The notes under the pieces were generated by a model. The model was not told the origin of the DNA. It saw only the letters and a program-made list of their open reading frames with translations, and searched no databases. Position numbers and translations under genes: made by a program. Positions 53,481 through 64,000 of a stretch of DNA of 64,000 nucleotides are shown piece by piece; position 1 is the stretch's first letter, and each line of letters begins with the position of its first letter. The DNA lies in NCBI GenBank assembly GCA_965112735.1, contig OZ218957.1, forward strand, positions 2,728,001 through 2,792,000, written 5' to 3'. This stretch comes from Phaeosaccion multiseriatum (taxonomy: Eukaryota > Protista > Ochrophyta, other classes).

Positions 53481-55808
53481 ATGTCCGACGAACTTGTCGG
53501 AGGCTTCGCGGACTTCCTGCGGCGGGTGCCCGTGCCGTCCTTTCTCAAGGGGATGAAGGAGGGCGGCCTGGACTTCTTTGTGCTCGCCATCCGAAGGATC
53601 AAGACGGTACTGTGGTGGTGGATTTCGATCGCGATCGTTCTTCCATTCGTCTTGCTGCCGCTGGCCGTGGTAAATCGCCTCCTCCGAAGACATTGGTTCT
53701 CCGACACCAAGGAGGATCGAGACCTGCACCACTACTTCGACGAGCAGATGGCCTGGCACAGGTACATGTACCACTGCAAGTCGACGCCGGCCACCCCGAG
53801 AGCCCGATTCGCTGCGTTTTGCGGTATTGTCGAGTCACGCGACGCTCCGAAGGACGGGGTCGCGGTGCTGGCGGACGCGGGGCGGATGTTCGTGCAGTTC
53901 AGCAAGAAGCCGGAGGGGGGAGGGGAGGGGAAGGGGAAGGGAGAGGGAGAGAGGGGGGGTAGAGGGGAGGGGAAGGAGGAGGAGCCAAAGGCAGAGGGTG
54001 GGTGGGAGCAGCTGCAGCGGCAGAGGAAGAGGCAGAAAGTGTCACTGACAGCGGGGGGGGGGGGGGTCGACGAGAATGGGGCAGAGAAGGGGCGGGGAAA
54101 GTCCCTGACACCGGCGGGGGTGGCGCGGCTGGGAGTGATTGTGTGCCCTGATGCTCGCATTCACCCTCTGTCGTACTCCGTTCTTGCAAGGAACCTTGCC
54201 GTGAAGGGATACCCCACCTTTGTGTTACGCTACCCCCTGGGAGTCGGTGAGTGAGTGAGTGAAAGAGGGAGGGAGGGGTTGAGTGTAGGAGGGAATCGGT
54301 GAGTGTGTTAGTGAGTGAGTGAGTGAGTGAGTGAGTGAGGGAGGGAGGGAGAGAGGGACCGGGGGGGGTTAGAGACCCTCTCAGCCTTCACTCCTCCTTT
54401 CTCTTGTGGACACTCGTATCATCTCCACTCCACTTCACTCCACTCCACGCCACTCCACTTCACTTCACTCCGCTTCACTCCACTCCACTCTACTTTCCTT
54501 TACTTCACTTCACGTCACCGCAGTGAGCTTCGGACGCCAACACGCCACATTCATCATCGACCGTGCCGGTGCTGCCGCAGACAGAGTCCGCCGTGAGGAT
54601 TGGGGGGGGCACCAACAAGACGACGCAGAAACCAAGGAGGGAGTGGGAATTGAGATTGGGGCCTGCGAGCACTGGCTGGTGGTGGGCCACGGGGAAGGCG
54701 CAAACCTTGCGGAGGAGGTGAGTGGGTGAGGGGTTCAGTGAGTGGGTAGATTGGGTGAGTGAGTGAGTGAGTGAGTGGGTGCGTGGGTGAGTGAGTGAGT
54801 GAGCGAGTGAATATGTGCATGCGTGAGTCAGTGAGTATATGAGTATGTGAGTGGTCCCCTACAGTAGTCAGTCAGTCATACACGCACGCATATACACACA
54901 CATGCACACACTTACACACACAGGTCGTCGCCCAACTGTGACTGACCGAATCTCTTCTGCTCTCCTTCTCTGCTGCTGCTCCTACTGCTCCCGTTCGCTC
55001 ACTCGCTCCTCCTCCTCCCTCCCTTCTCTTCCTCCTCCTCCTCCTCCTCCTCCTCCTCCTCCTCCTCCTCCTTCTTCTTCTTCTTCTTCTTCTTCTTCTT
55101 CTTCTTCTCCTCTTCTACTACTCCTACTACTCCTACTACTCCTCCTACTACTACTACTCCGTCTCTGTCTCAACCACCCAGCTGGCGGAGCTTCGACCTT
55201 CCGCTGTGTTGGCACAGGTGACCCTCGGGGCCAACCCCGGGTGGCTGCGCGGCGTGCTCGCCGCTAAGGGTCTGCCCCATATGCTTGTCTTGGCGGACAG
55301 GGACCCCTTCACACCTGACCCCGATCACTTGATCCGGCTGCATAGGGACAACGGCAAGTTTTGTGAGAGCATGATCATCAAGGGAGGCAATCACCGGTAC
55401 TTTTGCGGAGCCCTCCACCGGCCTCTGGACTGGGCGCCGACCCTTACCGAGAAGGAGCAGAACGAGCAGGTGGTGCAGGCGGTGCTGGGCTTCATTCAGA
55501 GGCATATGGAGTCTATTCAGAGGCATGCTGAGTCTATGGAGAGAGACAATGCCAGCAATGGAGGAGGAGGAGGAGGAGGAGAAAGAGGAGGAGGAGGAGG
55601 AGGAGGAGGAGGAGGAGGAGGAGGAGGAGGAGGAGGAGGAGGAGGAGGAGGAGAAGCAGGAAGAGGAGGAGGAGCAGCAGCAGCAGCAGGAGGAGGAGGC
55701 GGAGCGGGAGAGCGAGGAGGAGCGAGGGAGCGAGCGCGAGCAGCAGCATTGGGTAGCAGCAGCAGGCGGCGGTTGGATAAAACGCTGCCCTCTGTAAGGC
55801 GCTTCTGA
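53481..55808 (+). CDS. Membrane-anchored alpha/beta-hydrolase-fold (Abhydrolase_5-like) protein, 3 exons
   Basis: N-terminal TM helix, GVIVCPDARIHPLSYSVLARNLAVKGY, WLVVGHGEGA, IIKGGNHRYF, poly-Gly tail. Confidence 0.72.
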
Positions 55809-55999
55809 GACTCTCTATAGAAGGGTATTGCGCTCTCCCCTGGCGCTGTGTGTGACTGACTGAGCGGCGCACGCGATGAGCAAGAGTGCAGCACAGCACA
55901 GCACAGCACAGGGGGAGGAGCATGTCGGCACGGGGCTGCTTTGCGTGGTAGCGTAGGCAGCTGCGAACAGAGGGAGAGAGAGGGAGGGAGAGAGAGAGA

Positions 56000-56038
<39 letters not shown>

Positions 56039-57404
56039 TGAGGGTTCCACGGTTGAGGAGAGGGGGGGGGGGAGTATGGGTTATAGGATACAGAATGGGG
56101 TGGATATAAATGGGGTGGGGGACTCCGGCCAGTGTGCAAATCTGCAGTTTTGAGGCCAATTTTTGACAGCAGTGCGGAGGGCTTTGGAGAGCGAGAGAAG
56201 ACATGAGGCAACAGGGCTCCACAGGGTGGAGGGGGGGGGTCAGCGACGAGGTCTATTTTTTGCACTGATTTTTTGGAGGGGGTGCACGTATATTCTTTTG
56301 GTACATTTTGTGAGGAGAGGCAGACTTCGCAGCTTGCCACTGGCCATGCCCCGGTCACACACACACACGCACGCACACACACACACACACACACCACACA
56401 CGGACCATTCATTGGTGTATGGGAGGGGAGCGGCTCATCGAAGCAAGCACAGGCGTAGATGGGTACGTAGATGGGTATGTAGATAGGCATTTTTGTAGGT
56501 AGAGAGGTGTTACGGCATGAACAATGCAGCACAGTTTTTCGCATCGCACGACGCTGGAGGTCTTGGGAACATCTTCTGCCACCAAAGTCTCTTCTCTTCT
56601 CTTCTCTTCTCTCCTGTGTGCGATCGTTATGGGAGAAGCACTCTTCCCTCATCTTATCCACCCCTTCCCGTCCCGTCTCACGCCACATCAAAGTCCCCCT
56701 CCTTCCTTGCCGAGGGTCTCAGCTGCTGCCCGAGGGGGATAAGAGGAGGGGCTCCGAGCCGGTGGGGTAGACAAGGAGCAGCGACGAAGCACAGGCGCCC
56801 CTCTCTCCCTCTCTCTCCCCTCCCCTCCCTCTCTTTCTCTCCCTCTCTCTCTCGTCCTCTACCTGCCCCTGCCCGTTGATCAGCGCTCTTCCTTTCTCAG
56901 CGTCTTGACCTTATAGACCCACCAAGCTTTGGGGGGGAGCTCAGCAGGCAGGCTCAGCACTCTTCTCCCCTCACGCTGCGAGGGGAGCGGGCCCTGGTCT
57001 CCATTCCTCCATGGGCCAGGTCAGGCGGGGCTTGGTGAAGGAGTTGGTTGTCCGGTCGGTGTCAAAGCTGCACATGACATCACAAGAGCAAGGAGTACCA
57101 CGATGTTCCTCCGTCTGTCTCTTGCTTGCCTCTCGTCTCCTTTTCCCCTCATCTCTGTCTGCTTGTCTCCCTTCTCTCTCTGCTTTTTCTCTTGGTCTCT
57201 GGGCCCAGCAAATAGATCAGATCGACCGTAAGAAGAGAGAGACTTCTTCTCAGAGGCCTCGGTACGTAGTAACACCGAAACCGCCAAATTGAAGTGCCTA
57301 GTTGAAGTGGTGTTGGCCAAGAGTAACCAACCGTCTTCAACGACGAAATAGGGCGGGATGCTTGGCCTGCGGAACATTGAAGTGTAGAGAGCCATGCCTG
57401 CGTC

Positions 57405-59643
57405 TCACGTCATCGTCGTCGTTGTCGTTGTCGTCATGCAGGCGGCGGGGAATCCAAAGCCATCCAGCGCTGCTGCACCACGTACCGCCCTTCTCCTTCC
57501 TCCTCCTCCTCCTCCTCCTCCTCCTCCTCCTCCTCCTCCTCCTCCTCCTCGGGCACCACCACCATCCCCACCCGCCTCATCGCTGGGCCGTCTTCTCCAC
57601 AGTTTCAGCTCGTGGGGCCGCTTCAACAGGGGCGGTGTGAAGAACCACACGTCTTGCAACAGAGAAGCGGCCGGACTACGTGCACTTGGATCCACTGCGA
57701 GCAGTTTAGACACAATCTCCAGGCCTACCGAGCTCACCCCGGGGAATACGACTCCCCAGGGGGTGGGGTCTGTGGGCGGCAGACAGAGCTTGTCGTAGTC
57801 TGGGGTGGTCGCGATGCCTGGCCACAAGTCAGTGAAGGTGCCCACGACCTGCAGCGTTTTGAAGATCTGCACACATGCACAACATAACACCCGCAGGGGA
57901 CAAGGAGGGGGGAGGGAGGGAGGGAGGGAGGGAGGGAGGGAGGGAGGGGAGGAAGGGAGGGAGGGAGGGAGGAGGGGAGGGAGGGAGGGAGAGAGAGAGA
58001 GAGGGAGAGAGGGAGGGAGGGAGGGAGGGAGGGAGGGAGGGAGGGAGGGAGGGAGGGAGGGAGGGAGGGAGAGGAGGGAGGGGAGGGAGGGAGGAGGGAG
58101 GGAGAGAGGGGGGGGGGGAGCAGTGGGGACAGTGGTGCAGGGTAAGGTCAACACGCATACACGAAACACACTCTGAAAAAACCTGAACTAGAAACTAACC
58201 TAGTCCATAACCTTCTCGTCCCACCACCACTAACCAAGAGACCCCTCCAAGGCCCCTAACCTAAACAATAAAACGAACCTGGTCGATGTCGCTTTGCCCA
58301 GGGAAGAGCGGTCTGTTGGCCAGCATCTCCCCCACCACAGCCCCCGCTGCCCACAGGTCCACTCCGCTGCCGTACCAGCGGGCTCCAAAGAGCAACTCCG
58401 GCGAGCGATACCACCGAGTTGCCACCTGATGACTGTAGGATCTGCATGTTTCGTGGTGTCAGGAGGGGTCAGGGTCAGGGTCAGGGGTAAGGAGTGAAGG
58501 GTGAGGGGGAAGGGCTAGGGTTAGGGTGAGGGGTGAGGGTTAGGGTGAGGGTGAGGGGTGAGAGGTTAGAAGGTCAGGGTCAGGGATTACGAGTCACTAC
58601 CCACCTTCTGCTCTCTCCTGACACCCAACTTCTGCTCTGTCCTGACACCCACCTCCTGCCCTCTTTGTTACACAACTATGTACATAAACGAGAGAGTGAT
58701 AAAGCTATAAGAGCGATGTCGGCCTACTCCTTACACACTCTCTGTCCTGACACCCACCCACTTGCCTCGTCTGTGGTGTGGAATGGCACCGCGTGAGTCC
58801 CATGTCAGCAATCTTGAGCTCTCCCCGGGCGTTGATGAGGAGATTGCCTGGCTTAATGTCTCGGTGCAGCAGGCCGTGCGCGTGTATACAGGCGAGTCCT
58901 TTGAGCAGCTGGTGTGTGTACGTCTTGATCTCTGCCTCTGGCAGTGGACCTCGTCCGTGTTGTGAGCTCTCGAGGACCACGGCCAGGTCCGAGCACATGT
59001 ATTCGAGCACGAGTAGGAGGGAGGAGGACTGCGCGAAGGCGTCGATCAGAGGGACGATGTTCGGGTGTCCGTTCAGCTGCTGCAGCGCACGCCACTCACG
59101 GAAGGCTCCCTTCGGCATGCCTGTTGTGGGAGGGGACACGAGGGGGTGATGCGGGGATCGCATGTCGGAGGGGGTGTGGTTGTGGGAGGTGGCCGGGTTG
59201 ATGAGGAGACGACAGGTATGAGATGGAGCACAGCGAGGGAGGGGGGAATCATTCGGAATTCGCTCTGGGAGTGGTGTGGTGGACGAGCAAGGGGTGATAG
59301 AGGCAAGGCAGGAGGGATTTCGTGCCTTCAGCAGGAACGCTCTCTTCCTTCTTTCGCCCCTCTTCCTTCGTTCACCACACTCGGCCTAGGGGGGATGAGT
59401 GAGGAATGCCTCATACTGCGCCTTCTCCTTACCGTGCGCTCTCCCTCCGGTGCACGGCACCCTCTTGAGCGCCACCTCCCTGCCCGTCAAGCTGTCCCGC
59501 GCCAAGTGCACCTCACCAAAGGTGCCCTCCCCGAGCTTGCGCAGGACCGTGTAGCGAGAGCGGGCGTCGTAGGAGTACAGTGGCGGGAGGGAGAGCAGCT
59601 CCGACCCCCCTCCGTACAGGAGTGGCGCCTGAGGCTTGTCCAT
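57405..59643 (-). CDS. CDK20/CCRK-like cyclin-dependent kinase, 4 exons
   Basis: [71 protein letters not shown]. Confidence 0.85.
58465..58585. repeat. Telomere-like hexamer array (TTAGGG/TGAGGG/TCAGGG), intronic
   Basis: agggtcagggtcagggg...agggttagggtgagggggtgagggttagggtgagggtgagggg. Confidence 0.7.
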
Positions 59644-59843
59644 TGGGGGTGGCTGAAGAGTCTCGTGTCTGTCCTCCTTCTCTAGCCCCACAAGGACGAA
59701 TCGAGTGGTCTCAGGTCATAACAAGGCACTCCACAAGCTCCACCAAGAAAGAGGAAAGAAACAGGGGTTGCAGAGAGAGAGAGAGAGAGGAGTAGAGAGA
59801 GAGAGAGGAGTAGAGAGGACGCAGACGGAGGAAGGATGAATCG

Positions 59844-59946
59844 TATATTACACCCTTAAGTGCCATCTATGGTTGTCTAAAAGTAAAAGATCGATGAAGA
59901 TTATATATTACACCCTTAAGTGCCATCTATGGTTGTCTAAAAGTAA
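59844..59946. repeat. 43-bp identical direct repeat with 60-bp period at the 3' end of the retroelement
   Basis: tatattacacccttaagtgccatctatggttgtctaaaagtaa at 59844-59886 and 59904-59946. Confidence 0.95.
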
Positions 59947-60620
59947 TGTCTCACCGCCCCGGGGAACTTAGCCCTCGAGGTCGTGTCCCTCTGACTCATC
60001 AGTTCTTCCCATTGGAACAAAGTTGATACCAGCCAGGATCCTGTGGCGAACCGATCGTTCGTGTCGGGCCCGCTGGAGCGCTACGGCTAATCGTCGCCGA
60101 ATGACGCAAACAGCCCTCGCATAAGCCCTCAGGTCCAGATGTTCGTGCCCCCCAGCCATGTGGGTGGCGAGTGTTTTTATAAACATCTGTGCTGACGGGC
60201 CAAATGCACCTTGCTGTTCTATTGCAAAAGGGACAAGGTGGTACCTCGTGGGGTCATAGTGGATGTCCCCACCCTGGCCTTCCATGCCTACCTGTGGCAC
60301 CCCATACCTGGTCCGCTTGGTCGCTTCAGCCTTCTTGGCTGCCGCGAGTGCCTCCTTCGATGCCTTGGCCCGGTTGGTGGTGTTGGTGGCATCTGTGAGC
60401 GTGACGTCGATCATGAGGGACTTGTGGCCGTCGCCATATTCATGATCGGACGGAAGCTCAAACATCCTGGGGGGAGTCACGATGTCCATCTCCATCTGCT
60501 TGGCCACGTGGGCGTCACTCCTCACGGCGTTGCTCCCCCCTCTCCCTCGTCGCGGGGTGACCGTTCTTGCCCTCATGAAGAAGGGGAAGCCGGTGTTCTG
60601 GACGATCCCTCTGCCCAGGC
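59844..60620 (-). mobile_element. 5'-truncated non-LTR retrotransposon with restriction-like endonuclease (CRE-like)
   Basis: ORF 59968-60576 has MDIV...LMIDVTLTD...AEATKRTRY...LVPFAIEQQGAFGPSAQMFIKTL...RRRLAVALQR, the typical RLE C-terminus. No RT domain. AT-rich tandem 3' tail. Confidence 0.75.
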
Positions 60621-60713
60621 CCTGAGAAAGATCGAATCCGGCTCACAGATCACAATCCCTTGCCTGCATTCCTGCTCCCTTTTTTCCCCTCTTTGACAAC
60701 GCCGTTCACGACC

Positions 60714-62998
60714 ATGGCGGGCCGCTTCGAGAGAGGAGAAAAGCTTGGAGAGGGAACATGGGGGGTCGTCACTCTGGGGGTGAGTGCGCGGGGCCCTTCT
60801 TCCCCTCCTCCGTCTCAGGGCGGCTCGATAACTCACTCCTCCCACCTCCCTCCTTCCTTCTCTCTCGCCCTCTCTCCTCCCCCCCCCCTGACCCTCGCCT
60901 AACCTCTATATCGTATGAAGGTGGAGAAGACAACGGGGCGTAAAGTGGCTCTGAAGAAGATCGGCATGGGCGCGTATCGAGACGGGGTCAACTTTACAGC
61001 GTTGAGGGAGGTCCGGCTGCTGCAGGAGATAAAGCACCCTAATATCATCGAGGTTAGAAGAGAGAGAGAGAGAGAAGAGAGGAGAGGGAGAGGGAGATGG
61101 TGAATGAGAGAGAGTGTGCGAGAGAGGGACAGAGGACGAAAGGAGAGGGAGGGTTTGTGTGAGAGAGAGAGTGTGCGAGAGAGGTAGAGAGGAGAGGGAG
61201 AGTGCGTGAGAGATGTGTGCAGAGAGAAAAATAAAGAGAGCGTGAAGATGCCATCTGTGTCGACCCTTAGGGTATTGGCACTATCGCGTGTGAGTGGGCG
61301 TGCCTGTCCCTCCTCCTCACGTTCTCTCTCCGCCTCCTCCTCCTCCTCCTCCTTCTGGTGCAGCTGGTTGACGTGTTCACTGGTCACGATCACATCACAC
61401 TTGTCTTCGACTATTGCGCCACTGACATGGAACACATCATTGAGGACAAGGTGAGCGCATGTGGGGGGGGTGGGGTGGGAGAGAGAAGGAGAGGGAGTGC
61501 CTACATGATTGAGGATTATCTCCCCCTCTAACACCTACACCAGCATCTCCTCACCTCCTCTTCCATATTCCTCTACCAAACGAAACAGAGTCTCGTGCTG
61601 AGCCCTGCTCACGTCAAGGGCCACATGCTGCAGCTCCTGTCCGCCGTGGAGCACTGCCACTCACACTGGATCCTGCACAGAGACCTCAAGCCCAACAACT
61701 GCCTCTACCTCTCCGATGGGACGCTCAAACTTGCCGACTTCGGCCTCGCCAGGACCTTCGGCAGGTACACATGATGATCAGGCACTCAGTCAGTCAGTCA
61801 GTCAGTCAGTCAGTGAGTAGGTCAGTCTCCGAGGGGGTCAGTCAGTCAGCGTGTGTGTGCATGTGTGTATGTGTGTGTGCGCGTACGTGCGCGATTCCGT
61901 CTGCTCTACCCACACACCTCTTATTCTGTCCTGCCTATGTACCTGTATCGTGCGTTCCCATACACCTCTACCTCCACCCTGCCCATACACCTCCACTCTA
62001 CCCATACACCTCCACCCACAACAGCCCGGGCCGTCTCCTTTCCCCGCAGATGTGCACTCTCTGGTACCGCCCGCCGGAGCTGCTCTTTGGATCCCGTGAG
62101 TACGGCCCCGGGGTGGACGTGTGGGGGGTGGGATGTGTGTTTGCGGAGCTCATGATGAGAAGGCCGCTGTTTCAGCAGAACTCCCCTTCAGAGCTGCAGC
62201 AGTTACAGAAGACGTTTCAGATCATGGGCACGCCTGTGCCGAGCAAGTGGAAGGTGAGGATGGGGGGTTGGGAGGGGGTAGGGGTGAGGGAAAGTGAGCG
62301 TATTATGGTGCGTGGGGGTGGGGGGTGGATTGGTGGGTGGGGGGTTGCGTGTGAGTGTGTGCGTTTTTGTGTGTGTGTGTGTTGTCTGGTGTTTGTGCTT
62401 TATCACAACCTCATGTTCCACCGTACCGCATAGAACAAAAGCGCCCGCAAACCACACATGCATTCATGTACGTACCCTCGTACTCACGCACCCACCCACC
62501 CATCCCTTCCTTCCCCACCCACCCACCCACTTCCTTGCCCACTCCCTCTCTCTCTCACTCTCTCTCTCTCACATGCACCCACCCATATACCCACCCATAT
62601 ACCCACTCATCCACCAACCCAACCCAACCCAGGACATGGGCTCCCTCCCCTCCTTCGTGGAGTTCGTGCCCCAGCCACCCGTCGATTTCTCCACCTTCCT
62701 CACCGCCATCAGCGCAGAGGCCATGGACCTCCTTCAGCAGATGCTCCGCCTCAATCCTAGTGACCGTATTTGTGCTTCGCAGGCTTTGAGCCACGACTAT
62801 TTCAAGACCAGACCAGAGGCCTCCCCGCCAGGGGATCTTCCGCTCCCTGTTGCTGCCCCTGCCCCTACCGCTTCGTTGTCGGCACCGCCGCCGCAACAGC
62901 AGCAGCCTGGCGGCGACGACGTACAAGGGAAGCACCAACAGCAGCAGCAGGGAGGCACCACCGCTGCCAAGCCCTCAGTCAAGTCTCCCGCGTACTAG
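60714..62998 (+). CDS. CDK7: CDK-activating kinase CDK7/CDKD, 6 exons
   Basis: [19 protein letters not shown] signature, [36 protein letters not shown]. Confidence 0.9.
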
Positions 62999-63710
62999 AC
63001 TGCCTCGGAGTGATCCCCACTCTCTCCTCCCCTCCTCCCCTCCCCTCCACCACCCCCCGCGGAGAGCCGGGGTGGCCGGTGTTGAAAGGCGCGAGAAGAA
63101 CGAGAGAAAGAGAGAAAGAGACGAGATGGACTTCTTCCTCCTCTTTTCTCTCGCACGGAACACCAACCCGAGGAACCGCCCGCAAGGGAGGGGTATGGGG
63201 TACGGGCATGGAGTGACGCCCCCCCCCCCCCCCGGAGAATGGAGGCAGGGAGGAGAAAGGGCTCTCCCGCCCGTGCCTTCCTGTATCTTTGCGGCCCCTG
63301 TCGGTGGTGGAAGGGTCAACGGAAGGTTCCGTGGCCAATGAGGAGGGCAAAGCAGCCGCGGGGTTTTTGTCGTCTTTCTTCTGTGCATTGGAGCGGAGAT
63401 GGACGGGGTGAGAAGCAGGCAGGCAAAGAGGGAGTGGATGGACAGTCTGAACAGCTCGCTCATGAGGCGTCAGCGCCTCCCTCCTCTCTGGAGGGGTGCG
63501 GTGTGGCGGCAACGCAAGCATGGAGATCGGAGGGGTTAAGGGGGATGCCGATGAGGAGCAGCAGGATAAGCACTTCGTGATCCAACACGAGGACATGAGC
63601 ACCACACAACAGCAGTAGCACAACAGCAGCTACAGCAGCAACAACACAACAGCAGCAACAGCATCAGCAGCAGCAGCAGCAGCACGGAAAAGACGCCGAA
63701 TGGAAGGGCC

Positions 63711-63750
63711 GAGTTTGTATCTCGAGTTTGTATCTCGAGTTTGTATCTCG
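63711..63750. repeat. 13-bp tandem repeat x3
   Basis: (gagtttgtatctc)3. Confidence 0.9.
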
Positions 63751-63914
63751 CTCTCTTGTGGGCCTATGCAGCAGCATCCATCCCTCCCTCCCTCCCTCCC
63801 TCCCTCCCTGCCCTGCCCACCCACGCCCATGGGCTTCCAACTGGAGGAGGGAATGGCCGCAGAGAGGGATTGTGATGATAGGTGACGAAGGATGGATGAG
63901 CGCAGAGCACAGAT

Positions 63915-63997
63915 ACACACACCAAAGGATGAGCACAGCCACACACACCAAAGGATGAGCACAGCCACACACACCAAAGGATGAGCACAGCCACACA
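63915..63997. repeat. 26-bp tandem repeat x3
   Basis: (acacacaccaaaggatgagcacagcc)n at the window end. Confidence 0.9.
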
Positions 63998-64000
63998 CGC

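Noticed and set aside
55900-57400. Possible additional gene between the hydrolase and CDK20
   Set aside because: Only short low-complexity ORFs with no recognisable motif or coherent splice model.
59844-59946. CRISPR-like repeat-spacer-repeat
   Set aside because: Only two units, a 17-bp spacer that is itself partly repeated, no cas genes and a eukaryotic context. Better explained as a retroelement tail duplication.
63000-64000. Possible exon(s) at the window end
   Set aside because: Several overlapping ORFs, none with supportable homology or strand.

Overview
GC-rich, microsatellite-laden eukaryotic nuclear DNA with spliceosomal introns. It is probably an ochrophyte/stramenopile alga (inferred from a bipartite plastid-targeting N-terminus, a centriole-type protein and a bacterial-type FadE). 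I reconstructed 18 gene loci by hand: an unknown partial gene, TAF5, HMG-CoA reductase, mitochondrial phosphate carrier, FAM210/DUF1279, a degenerate Fe/Mn-SOD-like protein, FadE-type acyl-CoA dehydrogenase, a stand-alone DUSP protein, four ankyrin-like loci (one pseudogene), a ~4,400-aa DUF4378/CEP350-like protein, a CNNM/DUF21 transporter, UAP1, an alpha/beta-hydrolase-like protein, a CDK20-like kinase and CDK7/CDKD. A 5'-truncated RLE non-LTR retrotransposon fragment is also present. The most unusual signals are: (1) a 13-bp DNA word (AGTTGGTGATACA, usually a 9-mer embedded in CAG tracts) recurring about 14 times on both strands, in three reading frames and in non-coding DNA; (2) a locally expanding intronless ankyrin-like family with dispersed and internally deleted copies that travel with captured pieces of the CNNM gene tail; (3) perfectly alternating gene orientation (nine head-to-head pairs); (4) introns with complementary simple repeats at their two ends. 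Splice models and family calls are by eye, with no database search.
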